This document shows positions 1-31,552 of a stretch of 64,000 nt of DNA, in pieces. The position numbers and the translations under genes were made by a program. The DNA is from Paraspadella gotoi (Eukaryota; Animalia; Chaetognatha): positions 19,352,901 through 19,416,900 of the forward strand of contig CM119269.1 of the NCBI GenBank assembly GCA_051294375.1. The letters are read 5' to 3'. The first letter of the stretch is position 1; every line of letters starts with the position of its first letter. The notes beneath the pieces are model-generated. The model did not search any database. It saw only the letters and a list, made by a program, of their open reading frames with translations, and had not been told where the DNA came from.

Positions 1-17863
<17,863 letters not shown>

Positions 17864-18199
17864 CGCTGTGACACTAAAAGAAAGAGACGCAACCACGTGG
17901 CACTGCCACCATCTAGAGTTATAGACTAGTCTTAAGACACTCAGATTACTCAGATTTTCTTGTATCTTGATATGTATCACTTATTGTATCAATTATTTTA
18001 TTGTATCGGACTGTGGACTGTGGAATTAATTAGATATACATAGGTTTTTGCAGCTTTTTTAATAAATATATTTTCGATCAAAATTTTTTTTCTTTGTTAC
18101 CAATTAGTTGTTCTCAATGATTTTAAATTACTTTTAAAGGGAAATTAAAATTAACAAGTTTGATCAAACAATAGAGTCGGAATCTGCTGTCTTGTGACC

Positions 18200-18897
18200 A
18201 TGTGTTGTTGGAATAATTGATTTCTTATGATACAACTCAAATAGTCTTTCATGTTTTTTTATATCAAATATATTTTGATCTTATCACAATACCCTTGTGT
18301 GGATGTTGAAGAAAGAGATTCTCATTCTTTAATTTTATTCAAACTTGTTTAATTCTTTTGAAGAAGGAAAGAAATTAATAAGAAAATAATTTGTAAAAAA
18401 TTTGGCCAATGTCAAGGAAAGTAAGTTAAAAAAAGTCAAGAAAACGTGATCGAAACATCAGTCATTTTGAGAGAGAGATAGAGAGGAGAGTGAGAGAGAT
18501 TTCGCTCAAATTCATTTCCACTTCTCATTTCTTGTTTCGTTTCGCATGAAAAACTTTGACAACTTTTTGTTCGCCGGTGGAAGACTAAAAACGGTGTTTA
18601 CATATCTTATGTTTATGTGTTGTTGGAATAATTGATTTCTTATGATACAACTCAAATAGTATTTCATGTTTTTTATATCAAATATATTTTGATCTTATCA
18701 CAATACCCTTGTGTGGAAGTTGAAGAAATAGATTCTCATTCTTTAATTTTATTCAAACTCGTTTAATTCTTTTGAAGAAGGAAAGAAATTAATAAGAAAA
18801 TAATTTGTAAAAAATCAGGCCAATGTCAAGGAAAGTAAGTTTTAAAAAAAGTCAAGAAAACGTGATCGAAACATCAGTCATTTTGAGAAAGAGAAAG

Positions 18898-18942
<45 letters not shown>

Positions 18943-19027
18943 TTTCGCACAAATTCATTTCCAATTCTCATTTCTTGTTTCGTTTCGCGTGAAAAACTTC
19001 GACGACTTTTGTTCGCCGGTGGAAGAC
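18200..19027 (+). repeat. Tandem direct duplication of an ~400 bp unit (18200-18585 and 18615-19027)
   Basis: Both copies run ATGTGTTGTTGGAATAATTG...TTCGCCGGTGGAAGAC, with few substitutions and different AG-tract lengths. Confidence 0.9.
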
Positions 19028-19468
19028 AAACTCGATTTCGATTTTTTCTAAGAGATGAGTTCTAATTTGTAATGGCGATGGGAGAAAACCAGAACATAAA
19101 AATATGATGATTATTGAAGGTTGAATAATGAAAATGTTAGTCTAATGTCAAAACAAGGTGAATATAAAGAGAACGTGTTAAGCTGGAAGGAATTATCCCT
19201 TTGTGGATAACATCTTAATAAAAAGCTGTAGGTCACAGATACTTTATAAACGTGGCGGTGGCAAAAATATCGCCACTCCTCAAATTTCAAACCTGCGCTA
19301 GAAGTTCGAAGACGAAACTAGTCTAGTTAAACAGCGCTAAAAGCCGAAAAAAGGATATTGCCCTCGTGAATCGTGTATAAGTCGGAATAAATTATAACAG
19401 CCTTTATCAAAGTGTTGTTTAAAAAAAAATGTAAGACTTTCACATCGGTTAAAACTGTTTGTAACTCT

Positions 19469-19660
19469 GCAGCGCCTTATTGGCTCAGTGGCCTAATGCA
19501 GCATTCTAATGTGTGTCCCTGGTGCCTCGTCCTGAGGCGAGCCCTGAGGTTGTCATGTAGAAAGCGGGATGGTCCGGGTAACCCGCCAGTAGTCATAAGC
19601 CTGTTGCCAGATCCAAACCTCTGGACTATATGAACATGCTATTGAACATGCTGTCTCGCT
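19469..19660 (+). mobile_element. Probable tRNA-derived SINE
   Basis: A-box-like TGGCTCAGTGG (19482), degenerate B box, then TAACCCGC plus two hairpins shared with the copy at 57780-57969. Confidence 0.45.
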
Positions 19661-19969
19661 GGCGCCACGAGGTGACACCGCTGCATGTGGGGCGTCCCCT
19701 AAAACTGGCCTCCTCAACTTCGTCAATAATTTGACAGGAAGGCGAATAACCGGTTCCTTTTTAGAAACGTCGATGCCGGCGACTGACACGAGTATAAATA
19801 TCTAATGCCAAGGCCGTTCTTTCTAAAAATCGTTTAATCGGTGAAAAGGAAAGTTCTTTTTTTTCAATGCACGTTTTTAATTTAATTTTATTTAGCGGTT
19901 ATTGGTTATTGGTTACTACCCGACCTCAGTTATTGACTTTCGCACAAACAGTACAGTGTTATCTCAAAA

Positions 19970-20730
19970 AAACAAGTTTGAGCAAACAATGTCGGATCTA
20001 CCCAGCGGTAATTAATTAATTGCCTAATTAATTTATTAATTAATTTGATCCAAAAAGTTTTTTTTAGATCTTTTCGTCACTGATCAGTGATCACGACAAA
20101 AGCCAAGATGACGATGATGACGACGACGACAATAATGCCAATAACGATTGAATTACTTGATTGATTGATTGATTAAATAATTAATTAACTGATAAATAAA
20201 TTGATTGATTGGATAATTAATTAATAGATAAATTAATTTATTGATTAATATATTGATTGATTAATTGACTTATTAATTATTGATTAATTAAATGATTAAT
20301 TAATACTTCTTGCATTTACATTTAATATAAAAAGAAAAAGAAGCATAATCAATTAGTGAAACAGGGTTTTTGTTTTTTTCCATTTAAACTCTTTTCCACT
20401 CAAACAATTCCATCGAAACTAAATTTCCAGCCTAATCACATACTTTTCCACCCAGATAAAAAAATTCAAGTCTATTGCCCCATCCACTCTCGGTTAATTG
20501 GCGTTCAAATAGTGAAATATATTGTTTTGTTTTTTCCATTTAAACTCATTTACACTCGGACGATTACATCGAAACTTCATATCCAACTCAATCATACATT
20601 TTCCTACCCACACACAAAATTTCATTCCAATCCATCTATCCAATCACGAGTAATTGGAGTATAATGCTAAGGGGGAACGGACAGACTGACGGACACCATT
20701 TTTTTGCATAATTTATCATTTGTGATAATC
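19970..20730 (+). repeat. Dispersed non-autonomous repeat (DINE-1/Helentron-associated-like); related pieces near 3590-3950, 10020, 18158, 31120
   Basis: Shared AAGTTTGAGCAAACAATG.CGGATCT motif; (TTGA/TTAA)n tract; internal ~140 bp duplication; AAATTTCATTCCAATCC...GGACAGACTGACGGAC end typical of such elements. The class is inferred. Confidence 0.4.
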
Positions 20731-20820
20731 CTTTCGTTTGTTGTTTGAAATAGATTAGAAAAAAACGAAATTTTTTTCAGAACAGGCCAGAACAGACAAC
20801 TGCCCGCCTCACCGTCAGGT

Positions 20821-20845
20821 NNNNNNNNNNNNNNNNNNNNNNNNN
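20821..20845. other. Assembly gap (25 N)
   Basis: Run of N. Confidence 1.
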
Positions 20846-21812
20846 GATCACAGCGACACTGTAGTTTCGATTATGTATTAAAGTATATACTTAAGTACAA
20901 GTTTCCGAGGCAGTGCGTGGCGGCTTCTGATTGGTTCCCGCCCTTTCGATAGATCTCAGTCCTGATTTCTATCGACGTGTGGCCTTTCAGACTTCACTTA
21001 GTCTCACACTGCGTTTTGCTACTTTAATAAGTTTTTTACAATTCGCATATAGATATCTCAGAAACACGTTTTTAATAATTAAGTTTTGTGATCGCTGGAT
21101 TGGTGGACTTTCTTGTGATAGGCAACATTTTACAATTCTGGCTTCAGAAACAAGATTTCTATGGTAAACGAACTGAAGTCGTAGAGGTGGCTATCGTTTG
21201 ATTGCTAACTTCCTGAACTATTCTGGCGCTATCAAAAGTAGAGGAATTCGAGGAATGATGGCGCAGAAGAGACGATGGCACCGGGTCCACTAGTCAAATG
21301 GCTGACCGACACAAAGTTCTCGGCAAAGTGATCGTCGACGCAAGGCGGACGATCAAGTCGATGCGAAATCCAGGGATCTTCTCTGAAGCTAAAGAGCCTT
21401 GAAGCTAAAGTTAGAAATCCTGGACAAAGGGAAACAAAACATTTAATACACACTCAGTTAAATATATATATAAATTTTAAAGAGATTCTCTTACTTGTTT
21501 TCTGAAGCCAGAATTGTAAATATGTTGCCTCTATCACAAAGAAAAGTCCACCAATCCAGCGATCACAAAAACTTATTATTAAAAAACGTGTTTCCGAGAA
21601 TATCTATATGCGAATTGTAGAAAACTTATTAAAAAGTAGCAAAACGCAGTGTGAGACTAAGTGAAGTCTGAAAGGCCACACGTCGATAGAAATCAGGACT
21701 GAGATCTATCGAAGGGCGGGAACCAATCAGAAGCCGCCACGCACTGCCTCGGAAACTTGTACTTAAGTATATACTTTAATACATAATCGAAACTACAGGT
21801 GTCGCTGTGATC
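20846..21812. repeat. Small fold-back: 20846-21154 is an inverted copy of 21494-21812 (and a direct copy of ~39504-39820)
   Basis: GATCACAGCGACAC...GCTTCAGAAACAAG matches base for base apart from scattered indels and a few substitutions. Confidence 0.9.
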
Positions 21813-24800
21813 GCCAGAGAAACGGAATATCCTTGCGTTAGTAAGGAACAAAAGAACAGTTGGGAAAAGGTAGAGAAGCTGGAATTTCCTCGTAATATAT
21901 TGATCATTATTACGTAACACTTAGTTTATTATTTATGAATTTTATTTTCCACCACTTGAAGCTGGCTGTTTTAGAAAAGAAACGTTTTTAAGCTGATAAA
22001 TATTTAGTAGAGTGGAGCACTGGGGAACAAATTTTATTTGAAGTGAACAAACAAGGATATGTGGTGATTTATCTTGTTAGCCCAAATATAGTTTATTTCA
22101 CCACGTTTCGTCAGCGCCGGCTTCTGGCGGCGCTGCAAGCTTGTTTGTGTTCGTATGCTTGGTTAAAGCTGTAAAAGAGTTCCTAAACAACCTGCTTGGT
22201 TCGTCATTTATATCAGTAGCTTTATAAAATAATCCAAGCATATAGATTTTAGTACAGACAATAACAATCAATGGAAATGAATATAAATTAATAAAGCCTT
22301 TTAAAATTATAAATTTCTATCTCACCAGACGGGCTTAAGCCCATCTTGGCTAGATTTTGTTTCGGCTCAGCTTCTTCGTGATGTCGTCGTCATTATCGTC
22401 ATCTGCATTGGTGTCATGCTTTTTTATTATTTAGTTTTGTCTGGGGCTTACAATTTTTTTTTTAAATAAAAAACTACTACAAATTACAATAGATTTTTTA
22501 TAAAATATATGATCATAGTAAAAGTTTAGATATAGCTTCTCATATTTAAGATTTTTGCAATTATTAATGTTTCATATGGATTTAAGTATTTTTTGTTTGA
22601 ATTTTTTTTATTATTTGATTTATTATATTATGCAAATTACTTTCTATAAATATAAAAATTAGTAAATAGAATATTATAATCTAATTTATATATTACAATA
22701 AAACATATTAAAATTTTTTTTTTATAAAAATACTTGAATCATATAAAACATGTGATTTTACAAAACCTTTTGATAAGAAGCTATATCTAAATTTTAATAT
22801 AAATAAAAATATATACTTTTAAAACTTTTACAATTGTAAGCATTTATAACATTTTTTATCTTTCTTTAAATTATATTATATAATTTTCTTTTTTTTTATT
22901 AGGCCTGCCTCTTCTGATTCATCTAAAAAAAAGAGTTCAGCTCTACAGCAGTTGGACTAAAGTTATCATCCGTTAATAATTTGGTTATCATTGCATCAAT
23001 TTTTGGTTATCATCACATCAGTGAATGATTATTATCACATCAGTGAATAATTAACTATCGCGTCAATGAATAATTATCATCACGTCAATGAATGCTTATC
23101 AATATATCAATAAATGACTATCTTTATATCAGTAAATGACTATCATCATACCAGTTTAATAACTATAATCGCATCATAGTCCAGGTTGAACCACTCCTAT
23201 TCTTGCTCACCACTTCTTTTAAGTAGCCATTATAATAATAATAAATATTTCTATCTTTTTTTGCAGGTTTATGGTTTAACTACTAACAATGAATCTCGTT
23301 ATCAAGTTCCATTAGTGAGGCAGTGAGGCAGTTAAAATACTGTTATCCATTTAAGTATTTTTTATTTGAATTTCCACTTTATTAATGTTTACTGTATATG
23401 CAAATTAGATAATACTTTTTAATTAATTTTTTTTGAATAGTAACGTCTGGCGAGATCACTATAACTTTAAAGATTTTGATTTCATTTATAAACAAAAACA
23501 AAATAAATAGGTAATAAGTTATATTATATTTATTTTGATTTATAAATATTAAAATGCTGGCCAAATATATGTTTTTTGTTAAAATTCTCAATCCTTTCCA
23601 AAAGTTTCAAAAATCCATAAGGAGCAACTGAGATAATTTTTTGTGGTGATTTCGTTTTCTCCACTAAATTTGGCATAAGAAACTTTGAAAGAACCTAGAA
23701 GAACTTTTAAAAATGTTTGATATTTTCTGAATTATGAAAGACTAGCTTGCAGCCCTGATTGGTGGGCGCCGTTGGAGACCCCGATGCAACCCAGCTTCAC
23801 CTGACGCTTCATTAGTGCTTCCCGGCGACAACTTCCTCATAAAAGGGATCTTGGACGCTCTCGCAGGCGCTGCAGTAAAGACGGTAAGGTCGCGGCAGAA
23901 CTGTGGGAATCTCTTCGTTTCTTTTTTCTTAAGTTACACATTTTAGTACCCCTTTAAGTACCCCTTAATGAAACTTGATCTTATTTCTTTGTTTATAATA
24001 ACATTCAACGACGGTGTATAGATTTTTTTTCTTAGATATTTTTTTACATTCCGACTAGGTTAACTTCATAAAATTTTGCATCTTTTTTGAATCAATATCA
24101 ATGAATTTAAATTTTTTACTTTTTAAAAATAATTTTTTTTATAATTCGGATTATTGTGTATAAACTATCAATTTCGTTGCGTTTTGAAATTTAGGAGAAA
24201 AAAACAATTTATTTGTTTTTATCAACGTATTGTTTTATTGTTAATACATGTTTCGACTCTTGAGTTTTAGTCTTCATTGAAGACTCTAAAAGTCTTGAAG
24301 TCTTGAAGACTCTAAAACTCAAGAGTCGAAACATGTATTAACAATAAAACAATTCGTTGATAAAAACAAATAATTGTTTTTTTTTCTCCTAAATTCGGAT
24401 TATATAATAAATTTCTGTCAAAGTTTTTTTTTACGTTTATATTTAGACCGACAGCTCTGCCGCACCCTATTTTTTTTTCCCATTAAGAATCGTAGTGGCA
24501 ACCGCGGACATTTTGTAGGACTTGAGGATATCCATCTCACTGTCACAATAGTGAAAGTAAAATAATTGGTTAAATAAAAAAAGTATGAATGTATTAGTAA
24601 TTAAAACTCAATTATGGCAAGTTAAAAACGTTATTTTTAATAAATTTAATGTAGTGATGTAATATCACTACACGTTAGATACGACTATTCCTTCCATCAG
24701 CGACGTAATAGCGCACTAGAGAGGCATGGCGACAAGAGGGGGGGCATGAAGGTCAAGTAAAAAAAATGAAGATTGCCTAGGGCTCAAATATGAGAAAATA

Positions 24801-25135
24801 GTTATTGTATAATTTTTTCTCTTTTTGTTGTTCAATAAGATAAGCAGATTCAAAAACGAAAGTTTTAGTATTTTTACAACGATTTTTTATTACAGATTAT
24901 TGGACATGTTTCGACTCTTGTTTTTTCGAGTTTTCATCAGCATTTGACAGTTGTAATTTCACAATCATAAAGTTGAGGAAAGAGAGAGTGAGAGAGAGAC
25001 AGAGAGAGACAGAGAGAGTGAGAGAGGAGAGTTTCCAACAAAGAATTGAGAAAGGACAGTGGCCAGATTTCAGGACAGGTGAAGGTAAGGACAGGAAAAA
25101 TGGGAAATAAGTTGATTTTTTGAAATGGTGAAAAT

Positions 25136-25177
<42 letters not shown>

Positions 25178-28100
25178 TTACACTTTGAAATGTACAACAA
25201 AGATAAATGAATCAGTAAACTAAATGAATAATAGTAACAACGAAATAATAAAATATTAATTTAACTAATGAAGTATAAGTGAAGGTGAAAATTGAAGAAT
25301 AAGTGGTGAGGGATAAGTAGAGATTTAGAGAAAATTTAAGTTAAGAAAGAAACTCAAATTGAGCAGGCCCCCCCGGCCGGGCAAATAGGGGACGTTGACG
25401 ATGTGATTGGGTCACTGGCTGAGAAGATATTTTTGTAGAGTTGGACACCCTGAGATCGGGTAGTGATCCACTTGGGAAGATGCCGTGTGCCACTCGAATA
25501 TCTCTTTGGCCTGATAGGCCTGCCGACTGCCCTCCTCTCACCTGCCGGTGAGGTGGGCGATTGCCTGTTCTTGCCTGCTTGGGTGCAGGTGATACAGACT
25601 CCTCTACTTCCTCCTGCAGCCGCCGTTTTGGTCGACGCTCAGTGCGAGAAGGGTCGCACCAAGTTACTGTAGGCTCAGGAGAGGCATCGGACGTCCATTG
25701 CCTGCTGAGAGGCCTCCGCCTGACCCGTTGAGTGGGACAGGGGAATCACCGTGCGGTTGGGTGGTGTAGGGTGCTCCACGCCAAGTTGATGAATCGAAGC
25801 TTAGTTACATGTTACATTTTAGGACTTTTTAACAGCTATTTATAATTAAATTTTTAATGTTATTTAGTTTTTTATTTTCAGAAGAGTTGTTATAATAGCA
25901 ATTAAACATACATCAACAATTTTTTAATTAATCGATATTAAAAGTTTATTACATATAAGTAAAAAAATAAGGTTTTTAAGATTTTCTGATCTGCCCAATA
26001 TATCTTGGTATATAAAAAACATATAATATTTGTATAGAATCTAAGTATAAACTGGATTATAATAACATAAATTATAAAAATAAATGGATATTAAGATTAT
26101 TTTAAATAAAAACCTATGAACTCGTCGAAGTTTCCCAGTTTCTCTCTATCTTTCTTTTTCTCTTCTCCTTTTTCCTTTGTCTCTTTTTGTTTTTACTTCT
26201 TCATTTTAATTTTTATATTTGACTTGACCTTAATACCCCCCTCTAATGGCGACCCTCTCTCCTCTCGGTCTATTTTGATAAGTCGCCAGGGTTCTCAGTA
26301 TAACCTTTCTACAACGGGTCAATTTAATTCGTTATTAGTTATTAATCAGTTATTAAGAGTTGAGTAAGCTAAGTTATTGAGAGAGTTACTCGTTTCTTGC
26401 TCATCAATAATTAATTTACGATTAATTTCATTCAAAATTTCTATTTTAGACCCCCATTACCTGCAACTTGTTTTTGAAAGAGGAATTTCTAGAGTGGATT
26501 TCTGGGAGATGAGTATATTTACGCAGGTGTCCAAGTTTCCGTCTGTCAGACGCGAAAATTTCTTGTGGAAATTTTGTATTAGATCTCCCATTTATAAAGT
26601 TAGATCTGATTTTTGCTGATAAGGCGAGGTTTTTTAGAGCTGAATGGACGAAAAAAAAGGGGCAAAAAGGTTGAATGAAGATTCTTAACAGCGCTTTACA
26701 TTAAAGCGAAGAGTAGTAAATATTGACAAGATGATTTACCTTCACATTTTTTTCCGTCAAAGGCGGTAAAAGGTTTACAAATGCATTTTTTGCCATCCTT
26801 CTTCATAGAAGCGTCGCATTCTTTCAAGCAAAGCATTCCATCCTTTGAATATATTTTTTGATTTTTGCACTTTATGCAACGACCGCGATCGTTAGCTTTC
26901 TTACAACCGATGCATTCTTCGTGACATTTTAACTCGCATCGCCCGTTGATCAAAATCAAACCTTCGCCGCACTCGATTTTCGGTTTTTCGTTCACACCAC
27001 ACGAAACGTCGCTCACGCTGATCTTCTTTTCCCCGGCTCCGAAAGTGAAGTAGATCGAATCGAATTTCATGGGCTTGGGAAATATGAAAGAAGACAGCAC
27101 GATGCCCACCTCCTTATCTCCGGGGCTTTCCCGTAATCAATTCTCAATCTTCCATTCGGTTTTGAGAAGCAGACGAAAAATACCGTGAAGAGAGTTTCTT
27201 CGCCGAGAGTCGCGCTCAGTGGAGACTCGGACACCTGCATCGTTCTCATGGCGCTGAAGAACGACACTCCCGAGGGCGAAATGCGAATGTAATTCCAGGT
27301 CCTGTAATCCTGCGGAACACCCGCGATACTAGGTAAATATTACCCATAGACGCGCCCTGAAAGTATATACAGGATTCCTTTCGTCCGATCTGTATTTTAT
27401 GGCTGTTCGTCCATTTGAGTTTGCAGGGAACGAAACCGATCGATCCGATGTTCGCTTCCAATTCCTTTATCTGATTCACAGACACGATGGATGCCACTGG
27501 ACCTTTCAACCACCAAGCCACTCTCTTGAATTTCTTCTCGTTTATCGTCAAATAACCGGTTGTCTCGTCGTAGATCAAAGGCAAATTTGCGACGCAAATT
27601 TCATTCTCTTCCCCGCTGTTGGCGCAACTGAACTCTTTGAGGTACTTGGTTCTCGGATATTTGGTGAACCATCTATGGTTGAAGAACTTTACGTAGTACT
27701 CGGCATCTTTTGGAACCCCTTTCAAATCATACCTCATGTTGAACACGACTTTGAATTCAGTGTGTTTGATTGATATTAATTTTGGCAGGTTTTAGTTTGA
27801 GATACACCGTCTTGAACATAATCAATAATGTCAGATTCACAACCACTTCTACCTCCATTCATGTCGAAATTGCTGGTTGAAAACGGTCCTTCGGCCATGT
27901 AAAAGGTCTCGGCTCTCTCTAAGGCTAGTTTAGCCTGTAATAATCTGTCCATGAACTTCTGCTTGGAACTACCATATTTGCAGTAATTTCTTCTTTTAAT
28001 AGGAATTTTGTTCTTATCTTTGTCGACAACTGTTATTACACTTTCGAAATATGTTAAACCCTTTACGGGATCGTTTTTCAATGAACCAGCAGGTTGGAAA

Positions 28101-29839
28101 CATCCAGATTTGGATTTATCGTCACCGAATAAATCTCTATATTCATATCGAGAATGCTGCTCAATTTTCCGAGAGTAAATTCGAACGGTCTAACGTAGTC
28201 GTCGATGCTATCAAGCCACTGAGTGAACAACTCTCTAAACTGGCGGAGTATAAAACTCGGTGATGGCGGCGGCAATTTCTGGATTACCGCCTCTCACGTT
28301 TATAGTGGTCTTGATGAATTCGGATTGAGACCCACTTTGCGTATCCCATCTTCTGATTTATTTTGGCCCGCGCCGTTTCTTCCCTTGCGGCCGAAGCCTG
28401 TTGGTTTCTACTGACGTGTTACCTCCGAGGCCGAGGAAGCCCCACCTCGTCTCTCTCTGTTGAAACCTGCTTCTCAGGACGCCCATCATTCCGCGAATTC
28501 TGACTGAGCGGCGGCGGCGAACTCGTCCGATGAAAGGGTCGATTCTTTCCTCGAAGTCTTCATGATTCTCATTTCGCCGCCAAATTTGGCCGCCTTGACG
28601 AAATGAGTTCCCCACCTCAAGATGAAGTTTTGAAACTTGACGTCGGCGTTGTTGTTAAAATACGAAGTCGGGAGTTGTAGGATTTCTGACAACAAGTTTA
28701 TGTTCAGATCATTGGGCTTGAGTTCGTCGAGCACCAGCTCGTAGAGTTTCAAATCTGCCTCCAGAATGGCGATCATTTGACGGGCCGAACCAGCTCCGCT
28801 CGAACTAGATTGAGAGGTTTTTATATTGGATTCCCGCGATCCTTTGCTCTTGGCGCTGGCCGATCCGGCTCCGGAGCCGGTACCAAACCCGATGGAGCTT
28901 CCGATTTGTTCTCCCACTTGCGCTCCCGCCGGCCCGCCCTTCGCTTGACCGATCAAGCTTCCGATTAAGCCCAAATTCACGCCAAAATTTTGTCCATTGC
29001 TCACCGCCTTTGCTTCCATCTGAAACATCGCTTGTTGTTCAGAGGTTGCAGCCTTTTCTTGCAAGTATCTTATATAATTTGCCGAATTTTTAAAGGTTTC
29101 CGTATGTACCGAGTAATCGTAAATACCAAAGGCGTTCATGCAATCTGGGACATCCTTGTCCATGAACTTAGCTTTGCCTGCGCAGGTCCTCTGTATCACG
29201 CTTTTTTTTCGACTCTCCGCCGAGTAAAAGCCCCGACCGTCGAACCCAACCCCGAGGAAATTGGGCGGCGTCGATCTGATCGTGACACAGAGGGGAGATT
29301 CTGGCAAAGTCGTAGCACGGATCTCCCTTTTTGTAGTTGTTGCCAAAACAGCCGTTCATCAACGCCATGCCGACGCCCATTGGGTAGAGAGAGGCGCTCT
29401 GCTTTTCCCCTCCGACACTTTGGCCGGGGTCCCTCCCTGCTTCTGCACCTCGACTTTCCAGCCGGAGGGTTCGAATTCTTTGATGCCCTCGAAACCCTGA
29501 AGCTTTTGAAAGTGACCTTTCTAGCTCCCGTGGCCTTGAGAGCTGCCAAGGCTTCTCTCGCCTCGTCCTTTCCAATCAGATCTCCAGGTGTTTTCATTAT
29601 TTTGTCTCGACGTTAAAATTCGGTTTGGCTATTTCTTGGCCACCTGCTTGGCCATCACCCTGACCTTCGACGAGGGCTTTACCAAACTTGCCAATTTTTT
29701 TGGCCAATTTTATTAAAAGCTTTTGTTGCTTTGCCGGCGGCCCCTTTGAAAAACCGATATTTTTTTTCCAAAAAAGAAAGAAAAACAAAATTCAGTTTCT
29801 TCAAAATGAAAACGCAACTTTTTTTAGTTATGCATCAGG
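21164..29839. repeat. Left arm of a large palindrome (~8.7 kb)
   Basis: Reverse complement of 31457-40145 throughout. Inner junction ATGCATCAGG at 29830-29839; outer end GTAAACGAACTGAAG at 21164. Confidence 0.97.
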
Positions 29840-30937
29840 CGTATCAAGTTAAGGTCCGGGATCACTCAATTCAAATTATAATTAGGCTAAAACCGAGCTC
29901 GGATTTCGAAAGGAGAGCTCCTGACGATTCCGAAAATGTATTCACTTTACTATTTTTTTCAAAAGCGTCATCGTTTTTTCGATTTTTTTTGTACTATATA
30001 AAATAAAAGAAACCTATTTGAAGAGTTGCAGCCCAAACGTTAAGGCGGTTTCTCATTAAATTTGGCATGAATTACCTTTAAGTCACAAACTCCAATTCTA
30101 TGAAAAGATACTTTCAAAATTTGCCTTCCTTCATAGAAAATTTGATTATTTTAATCAATTTTTAGGATTAATTCCTTGATATCTTTGAAACGAAAAACAT
30201 TTTTTCAAAAACGCGCTCATAGAATCTCCCCCACCTTTCCTTTCTTGCCCAAGATATTTTTTTCTTCAAGAAGAGTCCAACGGTTTGAGCTGCAACTCTT
30301 CGTTTTTAACTTCACTTCGTCAAGAAAGTTAAATTCTGTACTCATTAAACTCATTAAACATTTACATAAAGTAAAAAGTCAAATTGAAATAAATTCGATA
30401 AGTTTTTTAACTCATAAAACTCATAAAAGTATAAAAACCCGTCTGGAAAATGTGTAGTAGTTTATTCTAGACTTATTAGTGATACAACTCCAAGTATGTA
30501 CTTTTACCAAAGGAAGAATTAAATATAAGAAGTAGAAATTGAGCTTACTGTAAAGAATCAGTTTTAAGTTAAAAATGTATTTGTAGAAATTTAACTTGCA
30601 TATAAAAAATTATTTTTCTCTTGAAAATATAATTTTAACAAAGAAAAAATTATGTTTAAATTTTTATGAACATTTTAGTTGATTTTTAAAAGTTTTCAAT
30701 TATTTTTCAATAGAAAACCTCTTACAAAAATGAGAAAATGATTAAGATACAGTAAATTAAGATTTCTACAATTTTAGATTGAGTGATCCCTGGCCTTAAA
30801 ACATGTAAACTGTCGGCAGAGAAAATATAAAGTCTAAGTTTCATTCTAATTTAAAGCTTACCCGCTCCTTTGACGGACTCGGCGAACCGCACGACGCCAA
30901 CCAAAACGAAGGCGATTAGGTAAATTTTTACTCGCAT
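21164..30937 (-). CDS. MACPF-domain secreted protein, left copy: has the leader exon, lacks the terminal exon; many 1-bp indels
   Basis: Leader exon 30937-30862 (MRVKIYLIAFVLVGVVRFAESVKGA, G|GTAAG) splices in phase 1 to large exon 29743-26740, which contains WGTHFVKAAKFGG; next exon 26639-26461. Truncated at the arm end. Confidence 0.7.
24188..24395. mobile_element. Fold-back Penelope pLTR remnant (mirror of 36915-37123)
   Basis: Near-perfect ~90 bp inverted arms containing GACTC..GAGTCGAAACATGT. Confidence 0.6.
30862..30937 (-). CDS. Signal-peptide exon of the MACPF gene, single copy, in the palindrome spacer
   Basis: ATG at 30937; basic n-region, hydrophobic core, AES|V cleavage site; canonical GTAAG donor. 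Its 76 nt length (phase 1) matches the acceptor TTTTTCAAAG|GG at 29743(-) and 31553(+). Confidence 0.8.
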
Positions 30938-31199
30938 GTTTCTAATGCAATGTTTAGAAAAGAAAAAATAGTTGAATATTTAAAACTAGAATATTCAATA
31001 GTTTAAAAAATTAATATAATATAATATATATATATAATTAATTCGTCGACCATCACACGCAACGATCAAAAGGACGTTTTCTATTGCGAACAACAAAAAT
31101 ACGTTAGTTTTTAGTCGGATCTGCATATCGCAGATTCCGACTCTATAATTCACTTTGTCGGTCCGTCTGTCCAGTGTTGGTTTAATAATAAGAATGAAA

Positions 31200-31456
31200 T
31201 ATGAAATATGAAATGGAAGAATAAGTTGTGAGGGATAGCTAAGGTAAGTTTTAAGAGAAAAATAAGATGAGAAAGAGCTCAAAATGAGCTGGCCCCCCCC
31301 CCCCCGATGTGCTCGGTTCATTGGCCTGTAATAGGCTGAGAGGATATTGTGGTGGAGTGGGATTGGTTCGGGTCTGGCAAAGATCCGGCTGGAAAAATGC
31401 CAAGTGCCACTCGTATATCTCTCTGGCCTGATAGGCCTGCCGAGAGCCCTCTTCTC
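31200..31456 (-). mobile_element. Diverged fragment of the repeat at 35521-36450, abutting the inner palindrome junction
   Basis: GAGAAGAGGGCTCTCGGCAGGCCTATCAGGCCAGAGAGATATACGAGTGGCAC aligns with 35769-35823. Confidence 0.7.
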
Positions 31457-31552
31457 CCTGATGCATAACTAAAAAAAGTTGCGTTTTCATTTTGAAGAAA
31501 CTGAATTTTGTTTTTCTTTCTTTTTTGGAAAAAAAATATCGGTTTTTCAAAG

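Noticed and set aside
22960-23170. Degenerate ~22-bp repeats (mirror ~38150-38350), superficially array-like
   Set aside because: No constant repeat with unique spacers, no cas genes, eukaryotic intron: a decayed minisatellite, not CRISPR.
28990-29616. 208-aa ORF and other ORFs antisense to MACPF or coiled-coil exons
   Set aside because: Shadow ORFs of GC-rich coding sequence on the opposite strand.
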